Made by a program: the position numbers and the translations under genes. Positions 1-9,123 of a stretch of 42,501 nt of DNA are shown here, piece after piece. The notes under the pieces were generated by a model. The model had not been told where the DNA came from and searched no databases. It saw only the letters and a program-made list of their open reading frames with translations. Within the stretch, counting starts at the first letter, position 1. The number at the start of each line of letters is the position of its first letter. Location of the stretch: assembly GCA_018302765.1 (NCBI GenBank), contig JAGVZG010000008.1, positions 1 to 42,501 on the forward strand. Direction: 5' to 3'. Source of the DNA: Candidatus Woesearchaeota archaeon (lineage in GTDB: Archaea > Nanobdellota > Nanobdellia > SCGC-AAA011-G17 > GW2011-AR18).

Positions 1-20
1 GTTGAAATTAGTCAATTTTA

Positions 21-86
21 CCGAGCCGTAATGCCCCACAGCTTGCTGTGAAGTGAGCGTATTCGCGAACGATGGGATAGGCTCGG
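21..86. other. GC-rich palindromic element (REP/MITE-like or structured RNA, unassigned)
   Basis: Terminal inverted repeat CCGAGCC (21-27) / GGCTCGG (80-86), internal hairpin CACAGC-TT-GCTGTG (37-50) and palindrome TTCGCGAA (62-69); about 60% GC in AT-rich surroundings. Confidence 0.45.
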
Positions 87-132
87 AATTAGTTTACTCC
101 TCAAAAATTTTTTTCTGTTAAATACATATTTT

Positions 133-1710
133 TCAGAACCCATACAAAGTACACTGTTCAGCCCCTAAAAATTCTCCGTCAGGAACAAATGCACTCATCT
201 TTAAAGCTATTACTGTACCAGGTGCGTGTTCTGATATTGGAAGATCAAAGCCTTTTTCTATCCATGTGCCTTCACAGAAACGTACAAAGTCTATAGCTTT
301 TCTAAAACATCTAAAATCACCACTAGGATCCCACCTTCCATAATGAACTCTTAAATAATAACTTGTCATGTCTTCAGGTATTTCAAAATAGAGATAGGAT
401 TTATCTGCTATAAAACCAATTATAGTTTCTGGGTCTGTTAATGTTGCAGGATCCACTTCACGCTTACTGCTGTCCGGTGTTATAATATTAGCAATTAAAG
501 CTCCATCCAGGCCGCATAACCAAGATAAATCTGATCCAGGTTCTGTTCTTGCTTCTAAAACTTCAGAAGAAAGAGCATTTAATTGTGCTTGAGTTGATGC
601 TATACGTACTCTTACAATCCAATTACTTAAACCAAGATCAGGAATAGGATCTAGGTCATTGACTATTAATAATTTAGATTTACCTGTGGGCGAGGGGAAT
701 AAAACAACAGGATCTGTATTTGGATCTACTATTTCTTCTAGAGGAGGTTCTTCCGGTGGTTCTGTCTCTTCTTCAGTTGGTTCTTCTGGTTCATCTTCTG
801 TTCCACCTAAAATTTCCCGAATTAAATCATTAATATCCCTAGCTTCTATATCTTCACAAGTACCTAAGAGTATAATACGGCCGCCATGAAGATTACAAAA
901 TTGTCCTTCACCACAACTACTGTTTTGTAAGCATATTTTATTAGTTTCTTCTTCACTACTAGATTCATCTTCTCTAATTACATATTCTTCAAGACTTTTA
1001 CAAACTTTTTCAGTACTACCACTAAGAGGCGCACAAACATAACCTTCAGGGCAATCTTCAGTATTTTCACAAATAGTACTTTCATCTTCAGCAGCTTCTT
1101 CTATTGATTCTTCTGCTTCCTCAAAAAATTCTCTCCATCTTTCCATTGTAGAATCCTCATCTTCATCTTCTCTATTTGATGATTGAGAAGCCCTAACATA
1201 TTTTTTCACACAGTCCAAGGCACTTCCAGTACATGAATCCTCTGAGGAGATCATAGCATGAGTATAAGTTGGCTCAACTTTTTTTGGCGTAAAAGATTTT
1301 AGTAAAAATGGAACCATAGAAAACTTCATATTTTTTAAAATACCGACGCCATTTAATTTTATTTTTTTCTTTTCAATTGCTTGAATAAAAGAATTTATTG
1401 GATCTTCTGATGAAATTAAATTTAACAATGCTTGTTTTTCTGCATATATATTTAGTGTGGGATTATTTATCTCACTATATTCAATGTTTATTATTTTATT
1501 ATTTTTAGTTACAAGACTTACTTTTAATTTTTCTTTTCCTTCTACATGAAGCACAATTCTTTCATTACCAACAAAAAAATTAAAATATTCTGGGAGGTCT
1601 TTTCCTATTAATTCATTTTGAGGTAAATTTGAATACTCTTCTATGCTAAATACAAATGGTAAAGAAAACATTAAGATAATTAAAAATAGAAGCAAACTCT
1701 TTTTTTTCAT
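133..1710 (-). CDS. Secreted multidomain protein: signal peptide, possible SCP2-like domain, Cys-rich repeats, Pro/Glu linker, unknown C-terminal domain
   Basis: N-terminal KKK plus hydrophobic stretch; PTLNIYAEKQALLNL...FIQAIEKKKIKLNG resembles the SCP2 fold pattern; CENTEDCPEGYVC and CLQNSSCGEGQFC repeats; EEPEEPTEEETEPPEEPP linker. Confidence 0.6.
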   Translation of the reverse strand: MKKKSLLLFLIILMFSLPFVFSIEEYSNLPQNELIGKDLPEYFNFFVGNERIVLHVEGKEKLKVSLVTKNNKIINIEYSEINNPTLNIYAEKQALLNLISSEDPINSFIQAIEKKKIKLNGVGILKNMKFSMVPFLLKSFTPKKVEPTYTHAMISSEDSCTGSALDCVKKYVRASQSSNREDEDEDSTMERWREFFEEAEESIEEAAEDESTICENTEDCPEGYVCAPLSGSTEKVCKSLEEYVIREDESSSEEETNKICLQNSSCGEGQFCNLHGGRIILLGTCEDIEARDINDLIREILGGTEDEPEEPTEEETEPPEEPPLEEIVDPNTDPVVLFPSPTGKSKLLIVNDLDPIPDLGLSNWIVRVRIASTQAQLNALSSEVLEARTEPGSDLSWLCGLDGALIANIITPDSSKREVDPATLTDPETIIGFIADKSYLYFEIPEDMTSYYLRVHYGRWDPSGDFRCFRKAIDFVRFCEGTWIEKGFDLPISEHAPGTVIALKMSAFVPDGEFLGAEQCTLYGF

Positions 1711-1753
1711 AAATAAAATGAGTGAGAGTTATTTAAAAAAGTTTTGTTTGTAT

Positions 1754-3112
1754 TTACATACCCAAACCCTTCGGCAATTTTCCCTTAAATTTCTTCATTA
1801 GTTTATTTATATCCTGCTCACTGCCCATTCCCTTCATCATCTTCATAACCTTCTTGCTCTGCCTATATTGCTTCAATAAACCCCTTATTTCTTCTATAGA
1901 AACACCAGAGCCTTTAGAAATTCTCTGTGCTCTAGATGCATCAATTAAATCAGGATCTTCCAATTCTTTCTTAGTCATGCTCTGTAAAGCAAATTTCCAT
2001 CGTTTTAATTTATCTTCTTGAACATCAAGCATTTCCTTAGGAACAGCGCTTCCTAATCCAGGAATTAACTCAACTAACTTTGATAAAGAACCAATTGAAG
2101 ACATCTTTTCCATTTGATCATATAAATCTAAAAAGTTAAATTTACCTTTCAATAATTTTTTACCCATATCCTTAGCTTCTTCTTCTGTAATAGCTTCTTT
2201 AGTTTTCTCCAACAAAGCTTCTAAGTCACCCATTCCAAGAATTCTAGATACAAAACCCTTTGGATTAAAAGTTTCTAAATCATCTACTTTTTCACCAACA
2301 CCAATAAATTTTATAGGAGCTCCAGAGACAGCACAAGCGCTTAAAGCACCACCACCTTTAGCAGTTCCATCTAATTTAGTTACTATAACACCAGTAATCC
2401 TGCAAGCGTCATGAAAAGAAATTGCTTGTGACTGCGCTGCCTGTCCAATATCAGCAGAAATAACTAATAAATTTTCATCAGGCTTGATTGTTTTATTAAG
2501 ATCTTCTATTTCTTTTATTAAGTCTTTAGATAAAGCATCTCTTCCAGAAGTGTCAATTATAATTAAATCAAAGTTGTTAATTTCTTTCTCAAAATTTTTA
2601 TAGATTTTTAAAGGATTTTTTTCTTTCTTATCTATAAAAACAGGAACATTAATTTGTTTGCAACCTTGTTCTAACTGATCCATTGCCGCAGGTCTATAAA
2701 CATCCAAACCCAAGGCGCAAACTTTGTATCCTCTTTTAGTATAATATTTTGCAATTTTAAAAATTGTTGTCGTTTTTCCAGAACCAAACAAACCAACCAT
2801 CATAATCTTGAATGGTTTTTTATTTAATTCTAGTTTAGCTCCTTCTCCTCCCATAAATTTAACAAGTTCTTCATAAACAATTTTTATCAAATATTCCTTT
2901 TGAGTAACTCCAGAAGGAGATTTTTCTTTCAAAGCCCTATCTTTAATATTTTTACTTAAATCAAAAACAAGCTTTACATTTACATCAGAAGACAATAAAG
3001 CTCTTTGAATGTCTTTAACTAGTTCATCAATTAATTTTTCATCAACAAACATAGCCTTGGCTATCTTAGAAAGTGTATTCTTTAATGAACTGCTTAGTTT
3101 GTCCAGTACCAT
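1754..3112 (-). CDS. srp54: Signal recognition particle protein SRP54
   Basis: MVLDKLSSSL start, GLFGSGKTTT P-loop, DVYRPAA, DTSGR, TKLDGTAKGGGALS, Met-rich M domain. Confidence 0.97.
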   Translation of the reverse strand: MVLDKLSSSLKNTLSKIAKAMFVDEKLIDELVKDIQRALLSSDVNVKLVFDLSKNIKDRALKEKSPSGVTQKEYLIKIVYEELVKFMGGEGAKLELNKKPFKIMMVGLFGSGKTTTIFKIAKYYTKRGYKVCALGLDVYRPAAMDQLEQGCKQINVPVFIDKKEKNPLKIYKNFEKEINNFDLIIIDTSGRDALSKDLIKEIEDLNKTIKPDENLLVISADIGQAAQSQAISFHDACRITGVIVTKLDGTAKGGGALSACAVSGAPIKFIGVGEKVDDLETFNPKGFVSRILGMGDLEALLEKTKEAITEEEAKDMGKKLLKGKFNFLDLYDQMEKMSSIGSLSKLVELIPGLGSAVPKEMLDVQEDKLKRWKFALQSMTKKELEDPDLIDASRAQRISKGSGVSIEEIRGLLKQYRQSKKVMKMMKGMGSEQDINKLMKKFKGKLPKGLGM

Positions 3113-3201
3113 AGAAATTACCAGCTAAAAAAGCCTTATAAATGTTGTTTTTCAAAATAACAATTGTTAAATATTAAAAAACAAATTAAACATAAGAAAT
3201 A

Positions 3202-5403
3202 ATGGAAGAAACATTAAGAGAAAGATGTTATTATGTATTAAAAGGATTATTTAGAGAACTTTTTGAAAAAGATACTCTACCGCAAAATGAACCACAATAC
3301 AAAGATGTTATAAGATTAATAATTGATTTATTAGACAGTAGAGAATTAGATCCAGAAAATGATAAAATTCTTATATTAAAAATAAGATCTTTATTAATGT
3401 ATGGTGATAATTGGGAACAAGTTTATCGTAAAATAATCGATAGATCAAATAAATATGAAAATTTATTAAATGAAATAATTAGATTATTGGAATTATTAGA
3501 AGATAAGAATTTAGATATAAATTACTTCTCATTAGATATTAAACTTGAGGAAGATTTAGAATTTTTTAAAGTTTTAATTCCAGGTTTTCAAAATGGGGTA
3601 GATGAAAAATTAAAGGAAATTAGAATAACTAAATTTGAAAAAGTTCCAAAACTTAACAAATTAAGATCAGGTGATCCACGCGTTTATTTACATAATCCAC
3701 TAAGGGAAGAAGTGGTGTTTGTTAAAAAACGTCTTCTGAAAGAAAGATTTCCAAATTATATAATGCCTTTCATGAAGAAATACAAGATTAAATTTTATTT
3801 ATGTTCTATAGAAAAAATGATATCTTATATTCTAAATAAATATAACAGTTCAGGATCACTAAACTTAATTGCAGTTTCTAAAACAGCATATATAAAAACA
3901 CTAGACGATAGAACTATGTTTATAGTACTAAAAAAAATATCAGGCAGATACATTCCTTTAGAAATAGCATATGGTGGAATAGATTCAAAAATTTCTCTTG
4001 TATTTATGCAGACATTTGCCTTCACTGCAGGTATAACACCTGACGAAATACAAGTTCTGGATTTTGGCGAAGCAAAAATAGCTACAGAATCATTAGTATA
4101 CAAAGCTCTTGATCCAAATGCGATAGCTCTTATTGGCTGGTGGGATGATTTATTTAAAAAAGTCATAGAATTATATTTTGAACAAAACTTTAGAATTGTT
4201 ATAAAAGATTTTATATTTTATGCTGTTGATTTTATGATGAAGAAAAAATTAAGAACACTAAACGATAGAATAACATTACTTGGGATAAAAACAAATATGG
4301 GTGGAAAATCAGATATAATAAAAGATGCATCTAAACTCGGACTTTCAATTGAAAATTTAGAAACTGAAGGTAATTTTGATATATCTTTCAGAACAAGATT
4401 TTACGATTTCCTTCAAAATTCTTTTAGTGAAGGATACGTAGAATATTCGCCTAAAGAAATAATATCTGAATTATTCAAAATTCTGGAGTTTACAGTGTTT
4501 TATGAAGACAATGAAAAAAATAGGAAAATGAAAGAAGAAGAAATAGGTGATTTATTTTTAAAAATTCATTTAAGCAAAATAGAGAAGGACATATTTTTAA
4601 GGCAAATAATTGATTCTAATAGACCTCCTCTTTTTAATTTAGATGAATACAGGGGAATAAAAAAATATTTATTAAATATAGAAGCAATATTAGGTAAAAA
4701 TAAGCAACTGATTAAATCAATTTTAAGTCATAATTTTAAAGTGCCATTGATGATAACTATAGGAAAACTTAGAATGCAATTATTTCCACATATAATAGGA
4801 AGAATTGAAGATCAAACTAAAGACCTAATAAATCAAGGAATTAAAACATTTTTATATTATGGCACAACAGGTGGTGTAAAAAACATTCCAGTGGAGTCTT
4901 TAGTCATACCTGAAGTAATTTATGTATATCCAAGAGATTATGTAAGAATAGATCCATCAATGTATTTGCCAATAGCAATAGAAAACATATTATTAGACAA
5001 GTCAAATAGCAGTTATTTTAATACAGATAATTTCTATAAAACGCATCATGTTTTTATGGCAGCTACATACCAAGAGCATGCTGGTTTCTTTCGTAAACTA
5101 CAATCATTGTTTTCTAATCCCAATGTAACAGTTTCTATTGATATGGATCTAGCACCAATAGCAGAACTTTGTCTACAAAAAGATATTAAATTAGGTTCTA
5201 TTCTTTACACTACAGATGTTCTTGCTGGAGAAGAACAAAGATCAGAGAGAAAAGGTTTCTATGCAAGACAAATTATACTTAGTTTATTTCGCGCTTGGGA
5301 AGGTAAAAAATTACTAATAAACAATCAAGATGTTGAAGTGCTGTTTAATATAGAATTTAGAAAAATAATGAACCAAGTAATAAAAGGGCTACTAAGTCAA
5401 TAA
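3202..5403 (+). CDS. Large protein with C-terminal nucleoside phosphorylase (PNP/UDP)-like domain; N-terminal ~500 aa unassigned
   Basis: LINQGIKTFLYYGTTGGV...LVIP and SIDMDLAPIAELCLQKDIKLGSILYTTDVL match the GTAGG and (V/I)(E/D)ME...SD motifs of the PNP_UDP_1 fold. Confidence 0.55.
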   Translation: MEETLRERCYYVLKGLFRELFEKDTLPQNEPQYKDVIRLIIDLLDSRELDPENDKILILKIRSLLMYGDNWEQVYRKIIDRSNKYENLLNEIIRLLELLEDKNLDINYFSLDIKLEEDLEFFKVLIPGFQNGVDEKLKEIRITKFEKVPKLNKLRSGDPRVYLHNPLREEVVFVKKRLLKERFPNYIMPFMKKYKIKFYLCSIEKMISYILNKYNSSGSLNLIAVSKTAYIKTLDDRTMFIVLKKISGRYIPLEIAYGGIDSKISLVFMQTFAFTAGITPDEIQVLDFGEAKIATESLVYKALDPNAIALIGWWDDLFKKVIELYFEQNFRIVIKDFIFYAVDFMMKKKLRTLNDRITLLGIKTNMGGKSDIIKDASKLGLSIENLETEGNFDISFRTRFYDFLQNSFSEGYVEYSPKEIISELFKILEFTVFYEDNEKNRKMKEEEIGDLFLKIHLSKIEKDIFLRQIIDSNRPPLFNLDEYRGIKKYLLNIEAILGKNKQLIKSILSHNFKVPLMITIGKLRMQLFPHIIGRIEDQTKDLINQGIKTFLYYGTTGGVKNIPVESLVIPEVIYVYPRDYVRIDPSMYLPIAIENILLDKSNSSYFNTDNFYKTHHVFMAATYQEHAGFFRKLQSLFSNPNVTVSIDMDLAPIAELCLQKDIKLGSILYTTDVLAGEEQRSERKGFYARQIILSLFRAWEGKKLLINNQDVEVLFNIEFRKIMNQVIKGLLSQ

Positions 5404-5405
5404 AA

Positions 5406-6866
5406 TTAATATGACATCAATTGTGAAATTCTTCTTTTAAATTCTGTATAGTTTCCTTCTGGACTTGCTAACTGTGCAGAATTATCTGCTTCCATTAATT
5501 TAAATAATCTCTCCAATATCATGCCATTTTTCCTTACAAATCGTGTAACTGCTTTATCAGACCAACCTGCTGTATAATTAACAACATGTTTTTCTATTAA
5601 AATACATACTGAGGTCTTTTCTTCTTCAGAAAATCCTAAACGAGTCAATACGTCATAAGACATCCTAGCGCTGCACTTTGCATGATTATAATAAGTTGTA
5701 TTATTATTTCTTTTACCACGGACGAAAGGCTTTGAAATATCATGCAACAAGCCGGCTAGTCTAAGAATATAATCATCTTTTGGCAATGATTCTACTGTTC
5801 TTAATGTATGTTCCAATAAAGTATAGTTATGTCTTGGTTGATTAGAATTATAACCTCTTTGTAAACATAATTCTGGAATAATATCAAATAATTGAGAATT
5901 TTTTTTAACATCAAATATATTATTATCACATACCAATGATTTAAGAGTTGCTTTACAATCAATACCGCTCGTTGGTTCAATGGTTAAATCAGTTTTATTC
6001 ACATATTCATCTATTTTACCAACATCAAATTTTTGTTCTACAACATCAATTAATTCTCTAGGCAGATTTTCATATCCCACACCAGCACCTATAAGAGCAC
6101 CAGTACAAAAGAATAAAGTGTCATAATCAGCACTATCGAACTGGGAAAATGTGTAGTTCAGCATCTTAATAAAATTCATTTCAGATGCGATATAAAGTGC
6201 CAATGCGCTTGGTAATATATTTCTTGCAGAGCCATCTATTATATTTATTGCTTCTATATTTCCAGATAAAGCAATGCGCAGGTTATCGTCATAAACAATA
6301 TCTTCTAATGTAGGTTCACATATAGACCAAATTAAAGGTTTATTTCTGAGAATACAATGCAATGCAGAAAAATAACGAAAAGCCCAAACTTTATCAGCAG
6401 ACCTATGTGTCTTATCCATCAAAACATACAGCTCTCTTTCTAAATCCTCTTCAAATTCAAATTTCTGGACTAATGGAAGAGCAAGAGGTACAAATCCACT
6501 GCCACTATTATTTGTGTAAGGATTTGGTTCTTCAGGATTATTTTTATAATAAAATAATAGATTTCTCATCTTTGCAGAAAAACCTTGCCTTCTTAAATTT
6601 TCTAATCTTTTTTCAGCTATTTTTCCTAAATGTTCTTCATATTTTCCAGTTGGTTCATAGAAATAATCAATACTATGAAATAGAAGAGAAGTTTCATCGC
6701 TGATTGTAACATCACGTGCAGATCTAAATTGTTTTAAATATATTTCAGTATTGGGAAATTTTTTTCTTATCTGTGATCTAGACATAAATTCAATGCGTCT
6801 GCCTAAAGCGTCACCCAATATAGCCCCAATATACATTCCTTTTATTTTATCTTGTAAGGAGCTCAT
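5406..6866 (-). CDS. ADP-ribosylglycohydrolase (DraG/ARH-like) fused to HD domain
   Basis: GAILGDALG, SDET, THRS and DYDTLFFCTGALIGA (ARH motifs); HNYTLLEHTLRT...LAGLLHDISKP...HAKCSA...H...AD (HD domain resembling the tail of CCA-adding enzymes). Confidence 0.8.
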   Translation of the reverse strand: MSSLQDKIKGMYIGAILGDALGRRIEFMSRSQIRKKFPNTEIYLKQFRSARDVTISDETSLLFHSIDYFYEPTGKYEEHLGKIAEKRLENLRRQGFSAKMRNLLFYYKNNPEEPNPYTNNSGSGFVPLALPLVQKFEFEEDLERELYVLMDKTHRSADKVWAFRYFSALHCILRNKPLIWSICEPTLEDIVYDDNLRIALSGNIEAINIIDGSARNILPSALALYIASEMNFIKMLNYTFSQFDSADYDTLFFCTGALIGAGVGYENLPRELIDVVEQKFDVGKIDEYVNKTDLTIEPTSGIDCKATLKSLVCDNNIFDVKKNSQLFDIIPELCLQRGYNSNQPRHNYTLLEHTLRTVESLPKDDYILRLAGLLHDISKPFVRGKRNNNTTYYNHAKCSARMSYDVLTRLGFSEEEKTSVCILIEKHVVNYTAGWSDKAVTRFVRKNGMILERLFKLMEADNSAQLASPEGNYTEFKRRISQLMSY

Positions 6867-6921
6867 GCAAATTTAAATTCTTATGTTTATATAAATTTTA
6901 CTATTGATAAGAAGTGACATT

Positions 6922-7983
6922 TTAAATAACAACATATGGAAATGGGTCAACTATTCTGCCAGCAACAATAACTTGAATATGGACATGAGGATTGTCTTTA
7001 GATGCATTACCAGTAATGCCAACCTTGCCCAAAAAGGCATTTAATTCTATTGCTTGCCCAGATTTAATTTTTTTATTAACCCAAGATAAATGAATGTATT
7101 TTACTAATATTCCAGAATTAGTTCTATATTCTGCAACTATGCCATTTCTCCAAAGTTTTCTGTTTCTTTCTTTTCCTAAATAAAGCAATGTCCCGCTTTC
7201 TACAGGATATAAAGGAGTTCCTATTGAAGCTACTAGATCAAGACCTTTATGTTTTGTAACACTATAACGCCCCCTGCCTGATGATCTTATTCTTCTGGCT
7301 CCAAACTTGTCTCTTGGTCTTATATTTTCTAAAACATCCTGCCTTGAAGATCTAAATGGATTTTGCCTTGTCTTTGATGTGGGAGTTGTTACTTGAATTG
7401 GTGCTTTAATTCCCTTTGGACTTTTTGGTTCTTCTTCAATTAAATCCTTTTCAACTAAAGAAGCTGGTACTAATATTTTTTGTTCATCATAAACAATTCC
7501 TTTTATTGGATTAATGTCTTGGTTTATAGTCAAGATTATTGCTCTTTTTTCATAAAAATTATAAGGTTTGTCAGCCATAAATTCTTTTATTAGTTCCCAT
7601 AAATTATTTATTCCAGGTTCACCTTGTGATGAAATTTCATAAATCACAAATTTATTTTCATCTAAAACTCTTCTTATAGAATTTCTTACAAGGCCTGTCG
7701 GAATATACAAATAGTCATCAGGCTTCAATCTTCTTCTATCGTTAAATCTTATTAAATTATCAGTATTTCTTTCACTTCCAGTATAAAGGTCTGCTATAGA
7801 ACTATAGTTCTCGCCTGTTTTTACTTTAATCTTTAAACATAATTGTTTTTTGTAAACAACATATAAAGCCTTTAATGCTTTCTTTGCAAAAGCCTCTAAT
7901 GGAGATAGAGCAGACAATCCTAATAAACCAAAAAAACCACCAAGTAAATCTCTTCTTTTAATGCCTTGGCCCTCTTCTTCCAT
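6922..7983 (-). CDS. Exported LysM-domain M23 family metallo-endopeptidase
   Basis: KRRDLLGG twin-arginine-like leader ending AFA; LysM VKTGENYSSIADLY...LIRFN...LKPDDYLYIP plus a degenerate second LysM; M23 motifs HKGLD, YIHL and HVH. Confidence 0.88.
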   Translation of the reverse strand: MEEEGQGIKRRDLLGGFFGLLGLSALSPLEAFAKKALKALYVVYKKQLCLKIKVKTGENYSSIADLYTGSERNTDNLIRFNDRRRLKPDDYLYIPTGLVRNSIRRVLDENKFVIYEISSQGEPGINNLWELIKEFMADKPYNFYEKRAIILTINQDINPIKGIVYDEQKILVPASLVEKDLIEEEPKSPKGIKAPIQVTTPTSKTRQNPFRSSRQDVLENIRPRDKFGARRIRSSGRGRYSVTKHKGLDLVASIGTPLYPVESGTLLYLGKERNRKLWRNGIVAEYRTNSGILVKYIHLSWVNKKIKSGQAIELNAFLGKVGITGNASKDNPHVHIQVIVAGRIVDPFPYVVI

Positions 7984-8024
7984 AAAATTACAGTTATAAT
8001 TCTAATTATAAAACTTTCTCATGA

Positions 8025-9026
8025 TTAATTATAAATTTTATAAGGTGGATTGCCGCCAGTAGATTTAGCAAGATCTTCTAAAATTGATTCATCTCTGCTT
8101 GTGCCTATTTGAATTATATTGATTTTTACATTATTTTTTAAAGCAGCACTTTTTGCTTTATAAAAATCTCCCTGACAAGTATCTTCTCCGTCGGTTAATA
8201 CTGTCAGAGTTTCTCCTTTTTTCATATCAGAAACTGTTTCATAAATGGAACTCAAAAGTGAGGTAAATCCTACAGGGCGATATATTGCCAATTCTTTCTT
8301 CGTTAATTTTTTTGGAGAAATATCACAATCACTAAAAACCCAAATTTCAGCACTACCAGGATAATTATAATTTTTTACAATATCCCACTTGCTTTTACTA
8401 CCATAAGTGCCAAGAGAATCTGTCATCGAAGATGAAGCATCAAGCAAATATTTATCTGCAGGAAGTAAATCAAGTGCTCTTTCTATCGGATCTCTTTTTA
8501 GTAAGACTGTAACTCTTCTGTCTTGGGGAAATCGTCCTCTTTCATTGTTAGACTTAGACTCACCATAAGCAGTTATATTAATAGTTCCTTGAGCATTTGG
8601 AAACTCAGTTTTAACAAAATTACCAACATTGCTTGCCCTAACGTAAGATAAAGCCTCATTGTAATGATCATTGCCTCTTCTATCTGCAAATCCTTCAAGG
8701 GTTATTGTCAAAATATCGTTTTTAACATTTCCAACTGCAGCTCTTAAAGTCTTTTTATCTAAGTCATCAAGAACGCAGCCCCTAGTAGGAAAGTAAACCA
8801 CAGCGCTGTCACTGCTTGCAGCACTTGTAGCTTGATCTCCCAATTCTTTATAATTAATACATATTTTTGTCATACTAGGATATTTGTCTTCTATTTTTAC
8901 ATCGCCTAATCTAAAAGTCTGGGATGTAGGAGCAGTACTATTACTTGTTTTATCACTGCAGCTACCTAAACCAAGCAATCCAAGTAGTCCAATACCGGCC
9001 CATCTTAAAATACTACTCAATGTCAT
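8025..9026 (-). CDS. Lipoprotein with OmpA-like (peptidoglycan-binding) domain and vWA domain
   Basis: Lipobox-like LLGLGSC; LEGFADRRGNDHYNEALSYVRASNV...AYGES...DRRV (OmpA C-like); LLDASSSM MIDAS, VLTDGEDTC and LAKSTGG (vWA). Confidence 0.85.
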   Translation of the reverse strand: MTLSSILRWAGIGLLGLLGLGSCSDKTSNSTAPTSQTFRLGDVKIEDKYPSMTKICINYKELGDQATSAASSDSAVVYFPTRGCVLDDLDKKTLRAAVGNVKNDILTITLEGFADRRGNDHYNEALSYVRASNVGNFVKTEFPNAQGTINITAYGESKSNNERGRFPQDRRVTVLLKRDPIERALDLLPADKYLLDASSSMTDSLGTYGSKSKWDIVKNYNYPGSAEIWVFSDCDISPKKLTKKELAIYRPVGFTSLLSSIYETVSDMKKGETLTVLTDGEDTCQGDFYKAKSAALKNNVKINIIQIGTSRDESILEDLAKSTGGNPPYKIYN

Positions 9027-9123
9027 AAATTTAATTTGCTCAAATATTATTTAAATCTTACTATTTTTACTACTATTAAGATATAACAATAAACTTTATA
9101 TTAATAATAAATTAAAAACTTTA

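Noticed and set aside
21-86. Self-cleaving ribozyme (twister/hammerhead) reading of the palindromic element
   Set aside because: The closing stem and a UAA are present, but I could not place the required pseudoknot or catalytic core motifs.
3202-9026. Bacterial contamination as the origin of the LysM-M23/OmpA block
   Set aside because: Base composition, A-rich codon style and TATA-like upstream boxes match the flanking archaeal genes; considered unlikely, but read-level confirmation is still needed.
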